Below, piece after piece: positions 1 through 13,109 of a stretch of 64,000 nucleotides of DNA. Position 1 is the first letter of the stretch. Each line of letters opens with the position of its first letter. The position numbers were made by a program, and so were the translations under genes. Origin of the DNA: Takakia lepidozioides. Its lineage: Eukaryota; Plantae; Bryophyta. The notes below the pieces were generated by a model. That model worked only from the letters and a program-made list of their open reading frames with translations, made no database searches and was not told the origin of the DNA. Location: contig CM060732.1 in NCBI GenBank assembly GCA_030704615.1, positions 6,758,001 to 6,822,000 on the forward strand, written 5' to 3'.

Positions 1-2783
1 ATCTTTCTCAGACTCGTCAACAATACCGCCAGACATGTCCAGGTACCACGGGCATCCAACGAGATGCGCGGGATGCCATTGTTTCTGCATCTCGGGTGTG
101 TAGACACAGCTTGGGCCCGCCACGGTCCAAGCCATGAAGAACGGGGGCTCTTGAGCCAGGGCCCCTGTCTGAAGGAGCACGTATTTCATATACCTGCAAG
201 GCAGTCAGCATGCGTGAGCAAAACTTGAGACCAACCTACTGGCAGAGTGCCACCGAAAACATAAAATGCGAATGCGGTGCCGCATTTCCGAGACAAACCT
301 CGTAACCAGGCTTCGCATACAAGGGCAGCTGTGCTTCACCTGTAAACAATTCGCATTGCAGCTTTCCCCGCTCCCTCCTGATGTGTAAACTCCACGCTCC
401 TTCTTGCTGTCTGTAGCTCTCTGGCGAAAAGGTTGTCCTTGTACGCACATCTGAAACGTGTCACGTAGTCTTCCAATGTCTGTGTTCCATCCCATTTGAC
501 GTACAAGCCGAACGAATTTGTGTGCATTACGACTTGCTCCTTTGCATTCGACATTACCTGCCATTCCCAAATGCATTGTCACGTAGCAGTTCAGGGAATT
601 CATGTCAGAAAAGCAAATCTGGGGAAGTACCTTGAATTACCTGGAACCACCAAGTCATACGGTTGAGCCACACATCCACTGCAGGGTCGGAAACTTCCAG
701 TGGAAAAGACCACATTGTCCTTATGCTCTCGGATGCATTCCAGATCGACAGCCACCGTGTCTGCCATTTCCGATCCAATGTCAGTGGCTGGAAGAGAGTG
801 GCTATTGCTAGGAAGGAAATTCAGTGCATTGAAACCTCACCTTCTCTTTCGCCTCCACACATGCCGTTGAGAGGTGATGCAGTTTCTCCAATTGCATGGT
901 CGGCTGCATGGCCCGAGAATAGTGTTTTGCAATCTCGGGGATGAAGTCCTTTCCAAGTGCCGGATCTGCAATTGCCACCAGCTTCACAAGCTTTGACTTG
1001 TATTTGGTTCTGGACTTGACACCGGCTTCCTTCAAGTGCTCAGTCAATGACTGCAACGTTTTGACCTGCCCCTCACTTTCCATGAAGAAGCGTTTGGCAT
1101 GGGCCAAATCCAGCTTGATGTTTGACTGCCAACAAAAACATGCAGAAGCGTTACATTCGATTCATGTGGAAACATTACTGGAAATTGGGGAAGGATGAGC
1201 AGAGGGAAATTGGAGCACGACTTACTTCGTATATCACCTCCACCATTCCATCCATAGTGAGACGATACCATGTCCGGTCTGTTTTTGCAACGGCTTTCTG
1301 AATGAGCTCCGGCTCCAGCATTTCCGCAAACATCTGCGGATCAGTAAGACCAGTTTTCCTCACCCTGTACAGCATATGTGCCATGTGGGTATGCACGTAC
1401 GCATTCTCAGTGACCCTGCAAGGCACACTCTCCAGTTCAGTACACGGAAGCACGGAATCAAACCAGAATGGAAACCGAAATGCGGCACCGCATTTCGAAT
1501 GTGCTAGGGAGGGTATGAGTATCTTACGAGTTGAGGTCCGCCATGGCATTCTTGAGGAGGGAGGAGTCTGCCGCCTTCACCTTGAGGATGACACACTCCA
1601 CCATGTAATGCCAGCCAATGTGCTTGGCATGGTTCTGCTTGATGTACTCCCACCAGGCGAGAAGTCGGTGATTCCCGTCCCACACAAAGAACATTTTTCC
1701 CGACATATGGCCGAAGTCGGGATCACCCTTCAGCGTCGCCTCGAATTCGTGGTTGCGAGTGTGCCAGTGGGTATCCCACGTTGACAATTCATCGGCAGTG
1801 GGTCCACGGGTTTCGCCGTCCTCATTCTCTATGGAAACGTAAAACGCTGCCGATCCCAGACGGTACCCTTCTCGAAATGCGAACTTGAGCTTATCCACAT
1901 CTCCGGGAAGGGCCTGCCTGACGATGGGAAGGGAGACCATGCGACAGAGTGGGATTCGAAGAGTCCGCTGGAATACCCTGCTGCCCAGAACTCTGCCAAT
2001 GCTACTGTGTGTCTCCTCCAACATTTTATCCGCTGCACTTTTGAAATCCTCCGGAGACATGTCTGTAGGTGCCGGTAGTGGCTGAGCAGGTGGAGCATCC
2101 TCAACTGGAGCTGCACTCTGGGGCCTGTGTGCGGGCAATTCTGCCACTGCAGAGGCCTCCTCCGGGCCTGCTAGCTCATCGGTGGTGAGGTCTGCCTGCG
2201 AACGTTCAGCGGCAGCACCCTCCTCCGGTACCAAATCGAGATCAACGGTCGATCCCATTGCCTTCGCTGCAGCAGAGTCGGCCCCAACATCTGCAGGCGG
2301 GAAATCCTCCAGGAACTGAGCTTCAGCTCGTGGAAGCGGTTTTGCGGGAGATTGTTCGGCCGTCGCCCTGATTGCCTTCTGCTTCCTCATCCTTGCAGGT
2401 GAAGGTGTCTGCTGCAATAGAATCTGTCTTCTACCCTGCTGCTTCATTCGCGTTGGGGGGGGTGAATCGGCCTGAGCCGGTTCAGAAGCCAGTAGAGGGA
2501 CGGGCTGCTTCTTCTTCGACTTTGCTGGAGAAGGGCCCGACCCCTGCTGGCGATTCTCCATGATCGAAGAACGCGAGTCGATCTCTGAGACTTTGAACTT
2601 GCCCTTCGAAGACGCGTCTTTGAATCGCAGAGGGCTAGGCCCGGCAGGAGTACCCGCGCTCGGGGATCGGGTGGGTGTACGTGCTGCAGCTAGCTCCTCG
2701 GACTCTTCCTGCGGCTCTTCGGATTCCTGCGATCCCTCCAGCACGTCCACCTTTCCTGTTAGGCATGCAAACATGTTCTGCAT
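1..2783 (-). CDS. Spliced ParB/Srx-like domain protein (5' part of the ParB-methyltransferase fusion gene, subfamily A); runs off the window edge
   Basis: ORF 1524-2783 has LRIPLCRMVSLP...MFFVWDGNHRLLAW (DGNHR at 1665-1679). Downstream exons (VTENAYVHTH..., DLAHAKRFF..., WDGTQTLEDYV...) align with exons of 36084-40375 and have GT-AG boundaries, e.g. intron 1527-1416. True start uncertain. Confidence 0.8.
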
Positions 2784-3399
2784 TCAAGTCTCCTAGCATT
2801 CAGTCTAAGAATTACAGAAGCAAAATGGGGGGTTCGGTGCTCGATCAGCTGCGCGCAGCCCGATCGCATGGAGCTCTCACTGGTGGCTGGGTTGCCTGAG
2901 TGGCCTGCTGCTCGGAGATGGCAATCTCCTCCTGTAGACGCATCTGCTTCCTCCCCTTCGGCATTGGCCTACGTCCGAAGTATAATTTCCGGAGCTTGCG
3001 ACGAGGTCTCCTGTCTGGTGCACGAACTCCCCCCCTCTCAGGTTCGAGCATAAGAAGAACAGAGAGAGGGAAAAGGGGCAAAGAGTGCAGATGGAAAGGG
3101 CGCGAGAGGGGTGACTGAGGAGACACGACAAAAGTAGATGAAACGGCGGTGATGCACCACTTGGGTTCGAAAGGTTGGACGAAAGTGTCTCCTCGTGGAG
3201 TTTGCGTCATTACGAAATTCGAATCGTTGAGGGTACGCCCGCCGTCCGAAAATCAAACATCATTATCCAACGGTCAGGCCGCGCCGCCTCATGCCCCTTC
3301 AGTCAGATAGAGTGCCGACATGTGCAGCAATTCCGTTGCTCCACGTGTTCACATTTCAAGGCATTTCCGTCCCAGCGTCTGATGAGTTGGAGCGAGAAT

Positions 3400-5052
3400 G
3401 CGAATGCGGCGCCGCATTTCCGTTAAGTACCATCACGAAGCTACACATCCGTACTTGTTGGAAGAAAATGCGGCACCGCATTTCCGTTCCACCTTCACAT
3501 ACCTTAGTTGTTGAACGGAAATACGGTGCCGCATTTCCGTCCCACAGCTCCATGTATGAGATTCAGAAGGGAAATGCGGCGCCGCATTTCCGTTCCCACT
3601 TCACATACGTTAGTTGATGAATGGAAATGCCGTGCCACATTTCCGTTCGGGAAAGTATAGAGGTCTCACCTGGACAGAAATGCGGTGTCGCATTTCCGGT
3701 CTGGAAAGGTTGAAGGTCTCACATGGATGGAAATGCGGCAACACATTTCCGTAGCACAGCTCCAGGCCGAATATACAAAACGGAAATGCGGCGCCGCATT
3801 TCCGTTCGAGAATGTCGGAAGGTGCGACTCGAACGGAAATGCGGTGCCGCATTTCTGTACCCGTTGCGCACGATTTTCAGTCAGAATGGAAATGCGGTAC
3901 CGCATTTCCGTTCTGTAGAGTATTAACGTCTGACGCTGGCGGAAATGCCTTCCCGCATTTTCGTTCCACAGCTCCATGCCTCACATACAAAACGGAAATG
4001 CGGTGCCGCATTTCCGTTTTGGAATGTCGGATGGTGGGACTCCGACGGAAATGCGGTACCGCATTTCAATTCCGATGTTTCAGGATATTTCATCAGAACG
4101 GAAATGCGGTGCCGCATTTCCCTTTTAAATCTAATACATTCCGTTCTGGAATGTTGGGAGGTGCGACTCGGATGGAAATGCGCTGCCGCATTTCAGTTCC
4201 GATGGTTCACGATTTTCAGTCAGAACGGAAATGCGGTGCCGCATTTCCGTTCTGGAATGATGGTGGTGCGACTCGGATGGAAATACGTTGCCGCATTTCA
4301 GTTCCGATGGTTCACGATTTTCAGTCAGAACGGAAATGCGGTGCCGCATTTCCGTTCTGGAATGATGGTAGGTGCGACTCGGATGGAAATACGGTGCCGC
4401 ATTTCAGTTCAGATAGTTCACGATTTTCAGTCAGAACGGAAATGCGGTGCCGCATTTCCGTTCTGGATAGTGTGAATGTCTCAACCGGTCGGAATTGCGC
4501 TGTATGAAGCTGTCGGAATCTTACTCGGCTCCAGGCATCAGATACAAAATGGAAATGCGGCGCCGCATTTCCTTTATGGAATGTCGAAAAGTGCGACTTT
4601 GACGGAAATGCGGTGCCGCATTTCTGTTCCCGTTGTTCATAATTCTCAATCAGAACGGAAATGCGGTACCGCATTTCCGTTCCACCTTCACATACCGTGC
4701 TTGTTGAATGACGGAAATGTGCTGCAGCATTTCTATCCCTCAGCTCCATGCATCAGATACAAAATGGAAATGCGGCGCCGCATTCCCGTTCTGGAATGTC
4801 GAAAAGTGCGACTCGGACGGAAATGCGGTGCCGCATTTCTGTTCCCGTTGTTCATAAATCTCAATCAGAACGGAAATGCGGTACAGCATTTCCGTTCCAC
4901 CTTCACATACCGTGCTTGCTGGATGGAAATGCGTTACCGCATTTCCGTTCTGGAGAGTATAAAGGTTTCCCCCGGACGGAAACTCGGTGCCGCATTTCCG
5001 TCGCTCTGTTGCATGACCAAGATGCAATACGGAAATGCGGCGCCGTATTTCC
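3400..5052. repeat. Array of ~31 palindromes GGAAATGCGGYRCCGCATTTCC with 53-bp period
   Basis: Palindrome starts at 3464, 3517, 3570, 3623, 3676, 3729, 3782, 3835, 3888, 3941, 3994, 4047, 4100 ... 4766, 4819, 4872, 4925, 4978, 5031. The 31-nt spacers fall into ~5 recurring classes. Confidence 0.95.
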
Positions 5053-5481
5053 GTCCACCAGCAATCGACAGAATCACTCGTGACGGGAAATCTGGAACCT
5101 CAATGGGTTGCATTGTTCCGAAACAACACAATTGCGGCCAGTCTTGATGAGCACAACTTGGTTGTCTGACCGTTTTAACCAGCAGTCCTGGCACTTGTCA
5201 GTGCGAACGTTCCTGTCTGCACCGAGAATACTGCTGGATCCACCCTCAGGAGAAACTGTCAGGAGATGTTATTTCGTCGCCGAATCGGCCATCATTGTCC
5301 TACTCACTGGCTATGGAATCAAACCTCCCACCTTCATGCATGTAGCTTGAAACAATACTTTCCACTTCAATGTGCGACTTCCAATCGTCGATGGACTCCG
5401 CAGATCCACTTAGATGGTGCCTGTGAGCCTTGGTCTGTCGCTATACTGAACCTCGCACTTGCCAACTCCGTGCGGTGTTCG

Positions 5482-8400
5482 ATGGCTCCGAATTCCTACG
5501 CTATAGTTTGCTGTCCTCCGCAACTTGGGAGAGCCTGGATCCCAAACGAGGGAGGACTTTGCAGAGTGACTGAAACTTACCTTTGTTCCAAATTCAAGCT
5601 CAAACCGGGCACAGTTTATTTGGAAGAAGAAAGGAAGGATGTTCCTGGACAGGTTGACGAGACCATTGTCGTGCTAGGTAACGACGGAGGTTGCGGAATC
5701 GAATGGCACGTTCCCCCGTCAGACACCATCCTGTACCGAGCTGTGGGAATGCCCATTCCCTTTCCGAATCAGTCGCTGCCCACACCATCCACAAAGGAGT
5801 CCGGAAACCGAGAGGCGGCCACTGCCAACAGAGAGGTATGCAACGATAATCATTCCCGACCTGGACCGTCAAGACCCTCCATAGCTTCTCGTGTGGACGT
5901 ATTCGACATTTCCGACGAGGAAGATGATTGCATTGAGGTACCCATGTCCTCCACACGGTCGTTCAAATCCGGCATGGACGTCTCTGTAGGTGCTACGCAT
6001 GTGCCCTCGAGCATAACTCCAACCCGGTCCATTGTGCAGCTCCTACGACAACATCACCTCGATGGTTCTCGCTCCGAGCTGGCTGCTCTCGACTATGCCA
6101 AATTCCCAGTCAGAAAGGTAACTTTTCTGCCTCCCGAAGTCGATGGCAATGTCATCTTGAGTTTCCACCTGTTTCTTCGTCAAAGAAAGCCTCCGGGATG
6201 TTAACAGACATGGATCGAAAGCATGACGGACACCCCTGGTGTGTGACGAAGACCAGTAGCACGAAAATTGCTGATGGTGTTCGTGTACGATATGTCCTCT
6301 GTGCGGGGAAGCTGAGGTGCCTCAATCCCACCTGCTTCCACTTTCTCTCCAAAGGAGGGCGGAGAAACGAGACGGATTGGACTGGCACAACGCATCATCC
6401 ATTCATTGTCTCCAGCCAAGCTCCTGCGGGTTCTTTCAAGTGTGCACATTGCAAAGAACCACCGACGTGCATGTCCATGTGCAGAGCCAAGCAATATTAC
6501 GTAATCCATTTGCTCCCGGACTTGACTAGAGCTTGCATACACGTTGGGGTCCACTGCCACCCCTTGGCGAGAGGCAACATGCGTGAGGCTGTGCAGGAAG
6601 CACACGACATCATAAAAGAGGAGGTGAAATTGAGCCCCGGAGCCAGACCAAAGCAGATTCAGCTGAAGGCAGCCCACAAGATTGCTCTTGGCAAAATCAT
6701 GTCTGAAGATGGTTCCGACCGAGAGCCCTTGACCGAAGACGAGATGCGTGACCTCTTGGAGTCCGTCTCGCACGTTTGTAGTCCGAATGTGCGGAATCAC
6801 ATCGTATCTTGCAAGCAGGAGTTCGGCAGGGGGTCGGACATGTACTCAATCCTGGAGGTGAAACGAATGACTGGATATGACTACATCCAAGGTAGCAGGT
6901 TTCCAGGGCAAGGCAGCGAATCCGATCGTTGTTACATTTTCAAAATGTCGACGTGTGGGCCTGGGAGTGGAGTCGACTTGGTCACTCGCATGACAACTGG
7001 AAACTTGTCGAATGCTTGGGTGATGTTTGATCACATCAAGCGAATTACAAACCATCAGTGGGTGACTATGGGTGCGCATGTTTATGACTATCACTCCAAG
7101 AGGCTCATGACGATTGCAATCTGCGAGATGAAAGGGGAGGACACACAGTCCGAGATGCATCTGTGGGAGGGCATAAACGAGCAGATGGCAAGGGCGGGAT
7201 TGCCAGAGCCCAATTTCAGGGGATTCATGGCAGACAACGCTCAGGCCAACTGGGCAGCGGTGCGGCGTGTGTACGGTGAGGACCCCAATGTTCCAATGGA
7301 GGGGAAAGAGAGATCCTGTGGATTCCATTGGATGCAGAGTCTATCCCACTACACTACCAAATTTGTTGCTAGCTCATTCCAGGCTGAACACCGTGTCCTT
7401 TGTACGGCGTGGAAGGATGCACCCACATTTGATGACGCGGAGGTTAAGTTTGCTATCATCGAGGCTTGGTGGAACACGTCAGGTGCAGTGGAGACAACCA
7501 ATCTGGGAGCATTGCACAGCTGGTTGGGGTGGTGGCATTTTCGGTATCGACAGTTCGGACAGTACATGCGGGAGGTAGGCTGCTGTCAATTTCGTTCATT
7601 TGTCTTTCTGTTACGGACATTTCGATTGGTCCCTCACCGTTGTTTGTGTCCTTCTAGGAGCGGTGCTTGGATTCCGACACGGACATGCCGAACACGAATA
7701 TGGCAGAATCGGTCCACTCCTCCTGGCGAGCGTCTTCTGCCGCACATCTGGTGGACGTAGTGACGGCCACAACGGAGGACATCGACAGAGCAATCATGCA
7801 GCAAGCCACGTACTACAAGTTCCTGAGCGGCAAACAATGGGGCTTTGGGCCGGACAGGGAGGAATTGTTGGTACGAACAGCTTCGAGGTCCAAGAATCCA
7901 GTGAAATGGGCGACAGCATTGCGAGAGAAGATCAAAGGGACGCCTCTGCACCGCAGAGGTGAACACCTAGAGGGGGACGTCCGGACTCGCCCTGTCAGGC
8001 GGAGGATTGAAGAGGAACCCGGGTGCGAAGAGGATTCCTGGAGATCCGACAGGAACATTCGGACAGCACCTCGAGGTCCCGTCATGTTGCCGCACAATGT
8101 GTCTTCCAGCAGTGGAAGCCCAAGAAATTCCAGATCGCCGTCGCCTTCAACCGGGGATTTCGTGCAACAAATTCCCACCGCTCCCTTGCCCCACATTCCG
8201 CCCGCTGTTATGCAGTATGGCCAAGCCATTGTGGAGACGACTGTGTCTGCCTCACAGTGGAGAATTGCTCGCACAAAGCCGTCGTTTCGAGGAAGGTGTT
8301 CCGCAATTCGTGTGGATACACGGCAACGTTGTTTAGAGATGATAAGGAGGAATCCAGATGGGGCTGTCCCTGCTCCTACTTTTACAGGAAGATTTGTCCA

Positions 8401-9088
8401 TGCAAAGTTTGCGGAGGCGACAACCACCCAGTTCTGGTTCTGCAGGCACGACATTATGACTTGCGTGTATGGAAAGCCCAAGTACGGCATACAGACAATG
8501 CCAGAGGCTCCCCCGGTGTGGCCGGTGGAACCAGGCTGCGATCTGAGTCAGGTTGAGGCCGACGCCCTTACCGCCGCAGGATTTCGGATGGTGCAGCGCA
8601 CTGACGTGCCCAGACAACCATTTCCGCTTCCACAGCCTCCACCACCGACCCCTGTGAGAGCAAGAACAATGGGACACGACAGCTCTAAGCATCCTACACA
8701 CCGTTGGGGGAAACCGAAGAGGCGGCGACCTCCCTCAAAAGTGAACGAGACAAGGATGGGGAATGCACTTCGGATGAACTGTACAATCCAGAGCTCGACA
8801 GAAGTGCCCCCACCAGGATTCGGGCGTGTGTATCAGATGGCCACGGCGGGCTCAGCTGTTCGCAATGAGGTGTACACCATCACCATTTCAGAATTACCCA
8901 CCTGCAATTGCACCGACTTCCAGATCATGGCGAACAAGGGGGCATCATACTGCCCTTGCAAGCATTTGTACTACGTGTACCTAAAGAGACTCCGTTGTAA
9001 TTCCACAACTCATCACTTCATACATGCACCAGGGTTGAGCCCCCAGGAGGTTCACACTCTTCTGAATATGGATCCAGGGGACCAGTGA
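5482..9088 (+). CDS. MULE transposase, subfamily A (GCM/WRKY-like Zn domain, DDE, SWIM); one intron 7575-7657; one frameshift near 6158
   Basis: Motifs CAGKLRCLNPTC...CAHC...C...HVGVHCHP, WVMFDH, FMADNAQAN, CGFH, TNMAESVH and C-terminal CNCTDF...CPCKHL. The copy at 13110-18616 has the extra base at the frameshift position. Confidence 0.88.
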
Positions 9089-9828
9089 GCTTGGCTTGCG
9101 GTCCACATACAATGGTACGCCCATCGGATAGTAGAACTGTACTGCTGCCAGTACCTCAGACTCTGGCCACACAAAGGTCCGACATATGTCTTGCCTACCA
9201 GTAACCTGTTTTGATCGAACTAAGATATTACTATATCGTTCACTTGTTTCCACGTGCATGTATTTTTGTATGTTGGAGGGTTCATGTTTTTCTGCTTTCC
9301 GAAAACTTGCTCTCCTCATTCGACCTCCGACAAGGAAATGCGGCGCCGAATTTCCAAGTATCGTCGTAGGTACCCCCAGAGGCGGCCTTCGCCAACACCA
9401 AACCGCTCCGAAATTTCGCACGTGCGAACCCTAATGCGGCACCCTATTTCCCAGTTCAGTTGCAAACCTTTCCCGCCGAATACCCGAAGAAGACAGAATT
9501 GTGAAGTACTGCAGACTGTATTGGTGCAGACTCCATTGGTTCAATCGCGGCAAAAGGGTCAGCTTCATTCCAATGTTAAGGCATGTAAAACCGCGGAATA
9601 CTCTATACAGGCCAGTATGCGACGTCCTTTTGCAGTGGTATACTGGATTTCCCGTTGCACGGTCACTTATTTCCATGAGCGGATCTATAAAACCATGAGC
9701 GGACTTGTTACTGACGACATATCTTCGCCGCATTACATGATCTGGAACGTCCAAAAACGGCAAGGTCAAATAAAAAACTATTATTTTAATACTTGTTTAA
9801 TCTGCCGCATTTCCAAATTTGGAGGAGT

Positions 9829-9933
9829 CCGCTCATGAAATCCGCGTATCTTAGACTTCGGCTCACCGCTCATGCGGCTCATGCGGCTCATGGCTCATGG
9901 CTCATGGTTTCTGCTCATGAAATAGTAAACCTC
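9829..9933. repeat. Right TIR with clustered GCTCATG subterminal motifs
   Basis: Multiple GCTCATG copies followed by GAAATAGTAAACCTC, identical to the termini at 22105 and 41679. Confidence 0.85.
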
Positions 9934-10034
9934 ACTGTGTTGAAATGTCTGTTTTCCTGAACATCAGTTGAATGTTGCTGTTGTGGCGGTTTTGGGTATG
10001 CAGAAAAATGTAAAGTCCAAGCAGGCAGAAACAG

Positions 10035-11690
10035 ATGCAAAGGGCTCTGGAGAAGGGGACGACTCCACAAAGAGTTAACAGCGAAGACACCGACGAGCCT
10101 GAATTGCACTACCTTGACAAGGTGAAAGAACTTATGTCATATCAAAAGGTAAATTCCCAGGAGGTTATTAGGGACATGATCGTCTCTGGAGGACGTCTTG
10201 AAATCCCTCTCTGCCGGATGATCTCCATGCCTGTTGTTTGTCCTCCACTTTCGCATGACATTACCAAGTTGGAAACAGATTTCGTGCACGGGTATAGAAT
10301 GGGTGCACAAGTTTTTTACGTCTCACTGAAGGATACTAATGGTCACAGCACAAAAGTGAGCCTAGAGATTACGGACAACTGGGATGATTGCTAGAAGGAT
10401 GTGAATGACAAGTTCGAGGACTCTTTGCTGCTTGGACATGACACCCAGCAGTTCTGCAACCACATGTTCTATGTCTGGGACGGGAACCATCGCTTGCTAG
10501 CTTGGATGGGGTACATTGCGAAACACCATTCAAAAGACAAGGACAAGCATTGTGCTGTGGAGGCATGGTTCTGGATCCTGGGAACGACATCGCCAGACTT
10601 CTGACAGCTATGCATGACGTAAACAAGTAGGACTTCCTCAAAAACCCATTGCCTTTCAAATTGCATATTGTGCGCATTTCAAGTCCAAATGTTAAATATT
10701 TCTTACCTATGCAATGTGTATTCCCTGTTTGCAGATCGACAGAGAAATCGCATGTTACTACGAGCTTGGTCCACACACTATTCTGCATTCAGAGAATTGG
10801 TTTGATGAAGCTTGATGAGTTCCGCACAGTGCTACATCCTGATGTCATCAAGAAGTGCGGAACAGGAAGATCTGCATGGACCTGGTACTCGTTGACCCGA
10901 GATGCATTTTTGGAGTACATGTATGCGGTATGGCCCAAACCACTTCTTCCTATGTTATTACATACAAATTTGCAATTGTATGTCTGCTAATCCAATCGTT
11001 GATACTTGCAGCAAGAACTGGCAGAGGCGGCCGAGAGGGAGGAATCTGAGTACTACCGCACTACAGCAGAAGAGCTGAGGACTGCTAAAGGAGTTGGAGA
11101 AGCCATAAAGAAGGAGTACGAGATAAGGAAAACGAAGCTGATGTCGGCCTTCCTGAAGCAATTGAGAATAGTGGATCCCGGACTTGGGGAGGAGTTCCTT
11201 CTCCAAATCAAATCCCACTACGACAAGCATGTACATCCAGAGATGCAACAAGAGAAATTGCACAGGCTGGCTCTCTCTATGGTTGACAACCAGACAAAAG
11301 TGGGATGGCTTGAGATTTGGAACTCGGATCAGACGGTGAAGGATCTGAATTAGTTCCCAAAAAGCACAATCCAGCCTGGCACCAAGGTCGAGGGAATAAG
11401 TGATATTGTTTGTGATCAGTGGCTTCACAAGGCCACATTTTTGAGTCAGGTATTTGTGGATTCAAGTACCTGTTGTATATGAAATATCCTATAGCTTTGT
11501 CATGCGCAATTCTGATACATGTTCCCATTGCAGCTGGAGAAACGCGCTGTTCTTGTCCTGGAGCAGAATTTGAAGGACTTGAATATGTCGATGGTCTCAC
11601 CACCACAGATGACCTTGGAGGCGTACATTAGAAAGTGGAAAGGTCTCATGTGGCGGTACTGTTTCTTCCGAGAGTTCTGCACTATTCTCA
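10035..11690 (+). pseudogene. Degenerate ParB-like gene of a third, more divergent subfamily (D), truncated before the methyltransferase exons
   Basis: LEIPLCRMISMP..., HMFYVWDGNHRLLAW, IVDPGLGEEFL, QEKLHRLA. In-frame stop at 10392 and frameshifts. Confidence 0.8.
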
Positions 11691-11990
11691 CCAAGAAGCT
11701 GGAACCTCGATTGGCCTCTCAACAAGTTCATGACTGTCAGGGTGTCGGTAGGTGAAGACAATGGATGCAGCCCATTCGCCTTTGGTGTAGTGGACAACGG
11801 TGTCATGTCCTCTGATATATGCACCATCGTAAATCGAGATCTTTGCTGTGGAGACTCTATGTCCATAGGACTCATCCTTGTAGCTTATGAGAATGTCCCC
11901 ATACACTGTTTGCGATGGAATCCTCTCTGGCATCTACGTACACCCGATGCAATCCTCGTAGGCCCACTGGCAACACCTCCAATGATGTAG
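11688..11990 (-). pseudogene. Homolog of the small MULE accessory ORF at 28987-29538
   Basis: GDILISYKDE...KISIYDG...HDTVV...FTYRHPDSHELVERPIEVPASW aligns with GDILFSYEDE...KMSFYQG...HDILV...FKYRHPVTQEVLERPVRVPSSW. Confidence 0.75.
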
Positions 11991-12058
11991 GAAGGCCGTG
12001 CGGCTTTTGGGGATGTTCCATGCTGCGGAAACTGTAGATCAACGACCTACAAAGAATA

Positions 12059-12352
12059 TCCCCCGGATGGCAAAACGGCGCCGAATTTCCATACGAGGCC
12101 TGTCGGACGAAGTCGTCTCGGGGGGAGAGGCCGACACCTGGCCGACAGAGAACATCCCCCAGATGGAAAAATAGCGCCGAATTTCCATCCGAGGCCGTTT
12201 GGATGAAGTCGTCTCGTGGGGAGAGGCCGACACCTGCCCGACAGAGAACGTCCCTCGGATGGAAAAACGGCGGCGAATTTCCATCCGAGGCCGTTCGGAT
12301 GAAGTTGTCTCGGGGGGAGAGGCCGACACCTGACCGACAGAGAACATCCCCC
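12059..12352. repeat. ~3 tandem 96-bp units each containing an imperfect palindrome (GGAAAAACGGCGCCGAATTTCC-like)
   Basis: Palindrome centres at 12077, 12173, 12269. Confidence 0.85.
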
Positions 12353-13109
12353 GGACGGATTTCATGAGCGGACTCCTCCAAATTTGGAAATGCGGCAGAT
12401 TAAACAAGTATTAAAATAATAGTTTTTTATTTGACCTTGCCGTTTTTGGACGTTCCAGATCATGTAATGCGGCGAAGATATGTCGTCAGTAACAAGTCCG
12501 CTCATGGTTTTTTAGATCCGCTCATGGAAATAAGTGACCGTGCAACGGGAAATCCAGTATACCACTGCAAAAGGATGTCGCATACTGGCCTGTATAGAGT
12601 ATTCCGCGGTTTTACATGCCTTAACATTGGAATGAAGCTGACCCTTTTGCCGCGATTGAACCAATGGAGTCTGCACCAATACAGTCTGCAGTACTTCACA
12701 ATTCTGTCTTCTTCGGGTATTCGGGTTTGCAACTGAACTGGGAAATAAGGTGCCGCATTAGGGTTCGCACGTGCGAAATTTCGGAGCGGTTTGGTGTTGG
12801 CGAAGGCCGCCTCTGCCAGTACCTACGACGATACTTGGAAATGCGGCGCCGCATTTCCTTGTCGGAGGTCGAATGAGGAAAGCAAGTTTTCGGAAAGCAG
12901 AAAAACATGAACCCTCCAACATACAAAAATACATGCACGTGGAAGCAAGTGAACGATATAGTAATATCTTAGTTCGAGCAAAACAGGTTACTGGTAGGCA
13001 AGACATATGTCGGACCTTTCTGTGGCCAGAGTCTGAGGTACTGGCAGCAGTACAGTTCTACTATCCGAAAAGGATGGGCGTACCATTGTATTGGGACCGC
13101 AAGCCAAGC

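Larger units (their letters stand above)
1..9933. mobile_element. Mutator-like DNA transposon, subfamily A (left part outside window): ParB-MTase-family gene (-), palindrome array, transposase (+), right TIR
   Basis: Same gene pair and layout as the complete element at 28138-41679. Ends in GCTCATGAAATAGTAAACCTC at 9933, the same terminus seen at 22105 and 41679. TSD not testable because the other end is outside the window. Confidence 0.85.

Noticed and set aside
3464-3485. A half-site ATGCGG as a GCM-binding motif (ATGCGGGT) for the transposase
   Set aside because: Only a partial match, and the B, D and E arms lack it although the A and B GCM-like domains are similar. Kept only as an alternative hypothesis.
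3400-5052. CRISPR array (palindromic repeat with constant-length spacers)
   Set aside because: Spacers recur in about five classes, repeats are degenerate, no cas genes are present, and the context is an intron-containing eukaryotic transposon.
3291-5194. Many ORFs with GNAAPHF / KCGAAFP / EMRRRIS motifs (also 18892-19614, 33954-35419, 49630-50971)
   Set aside because: They are translations of the palindromic repeat in all six frames.
6201-8490. Long antisense ORFs over the transposases (also 30458-31015, 32283-32825)
   Set aside because: Shadow frames of GC-balanced coding sequence with no recognisable motifs.
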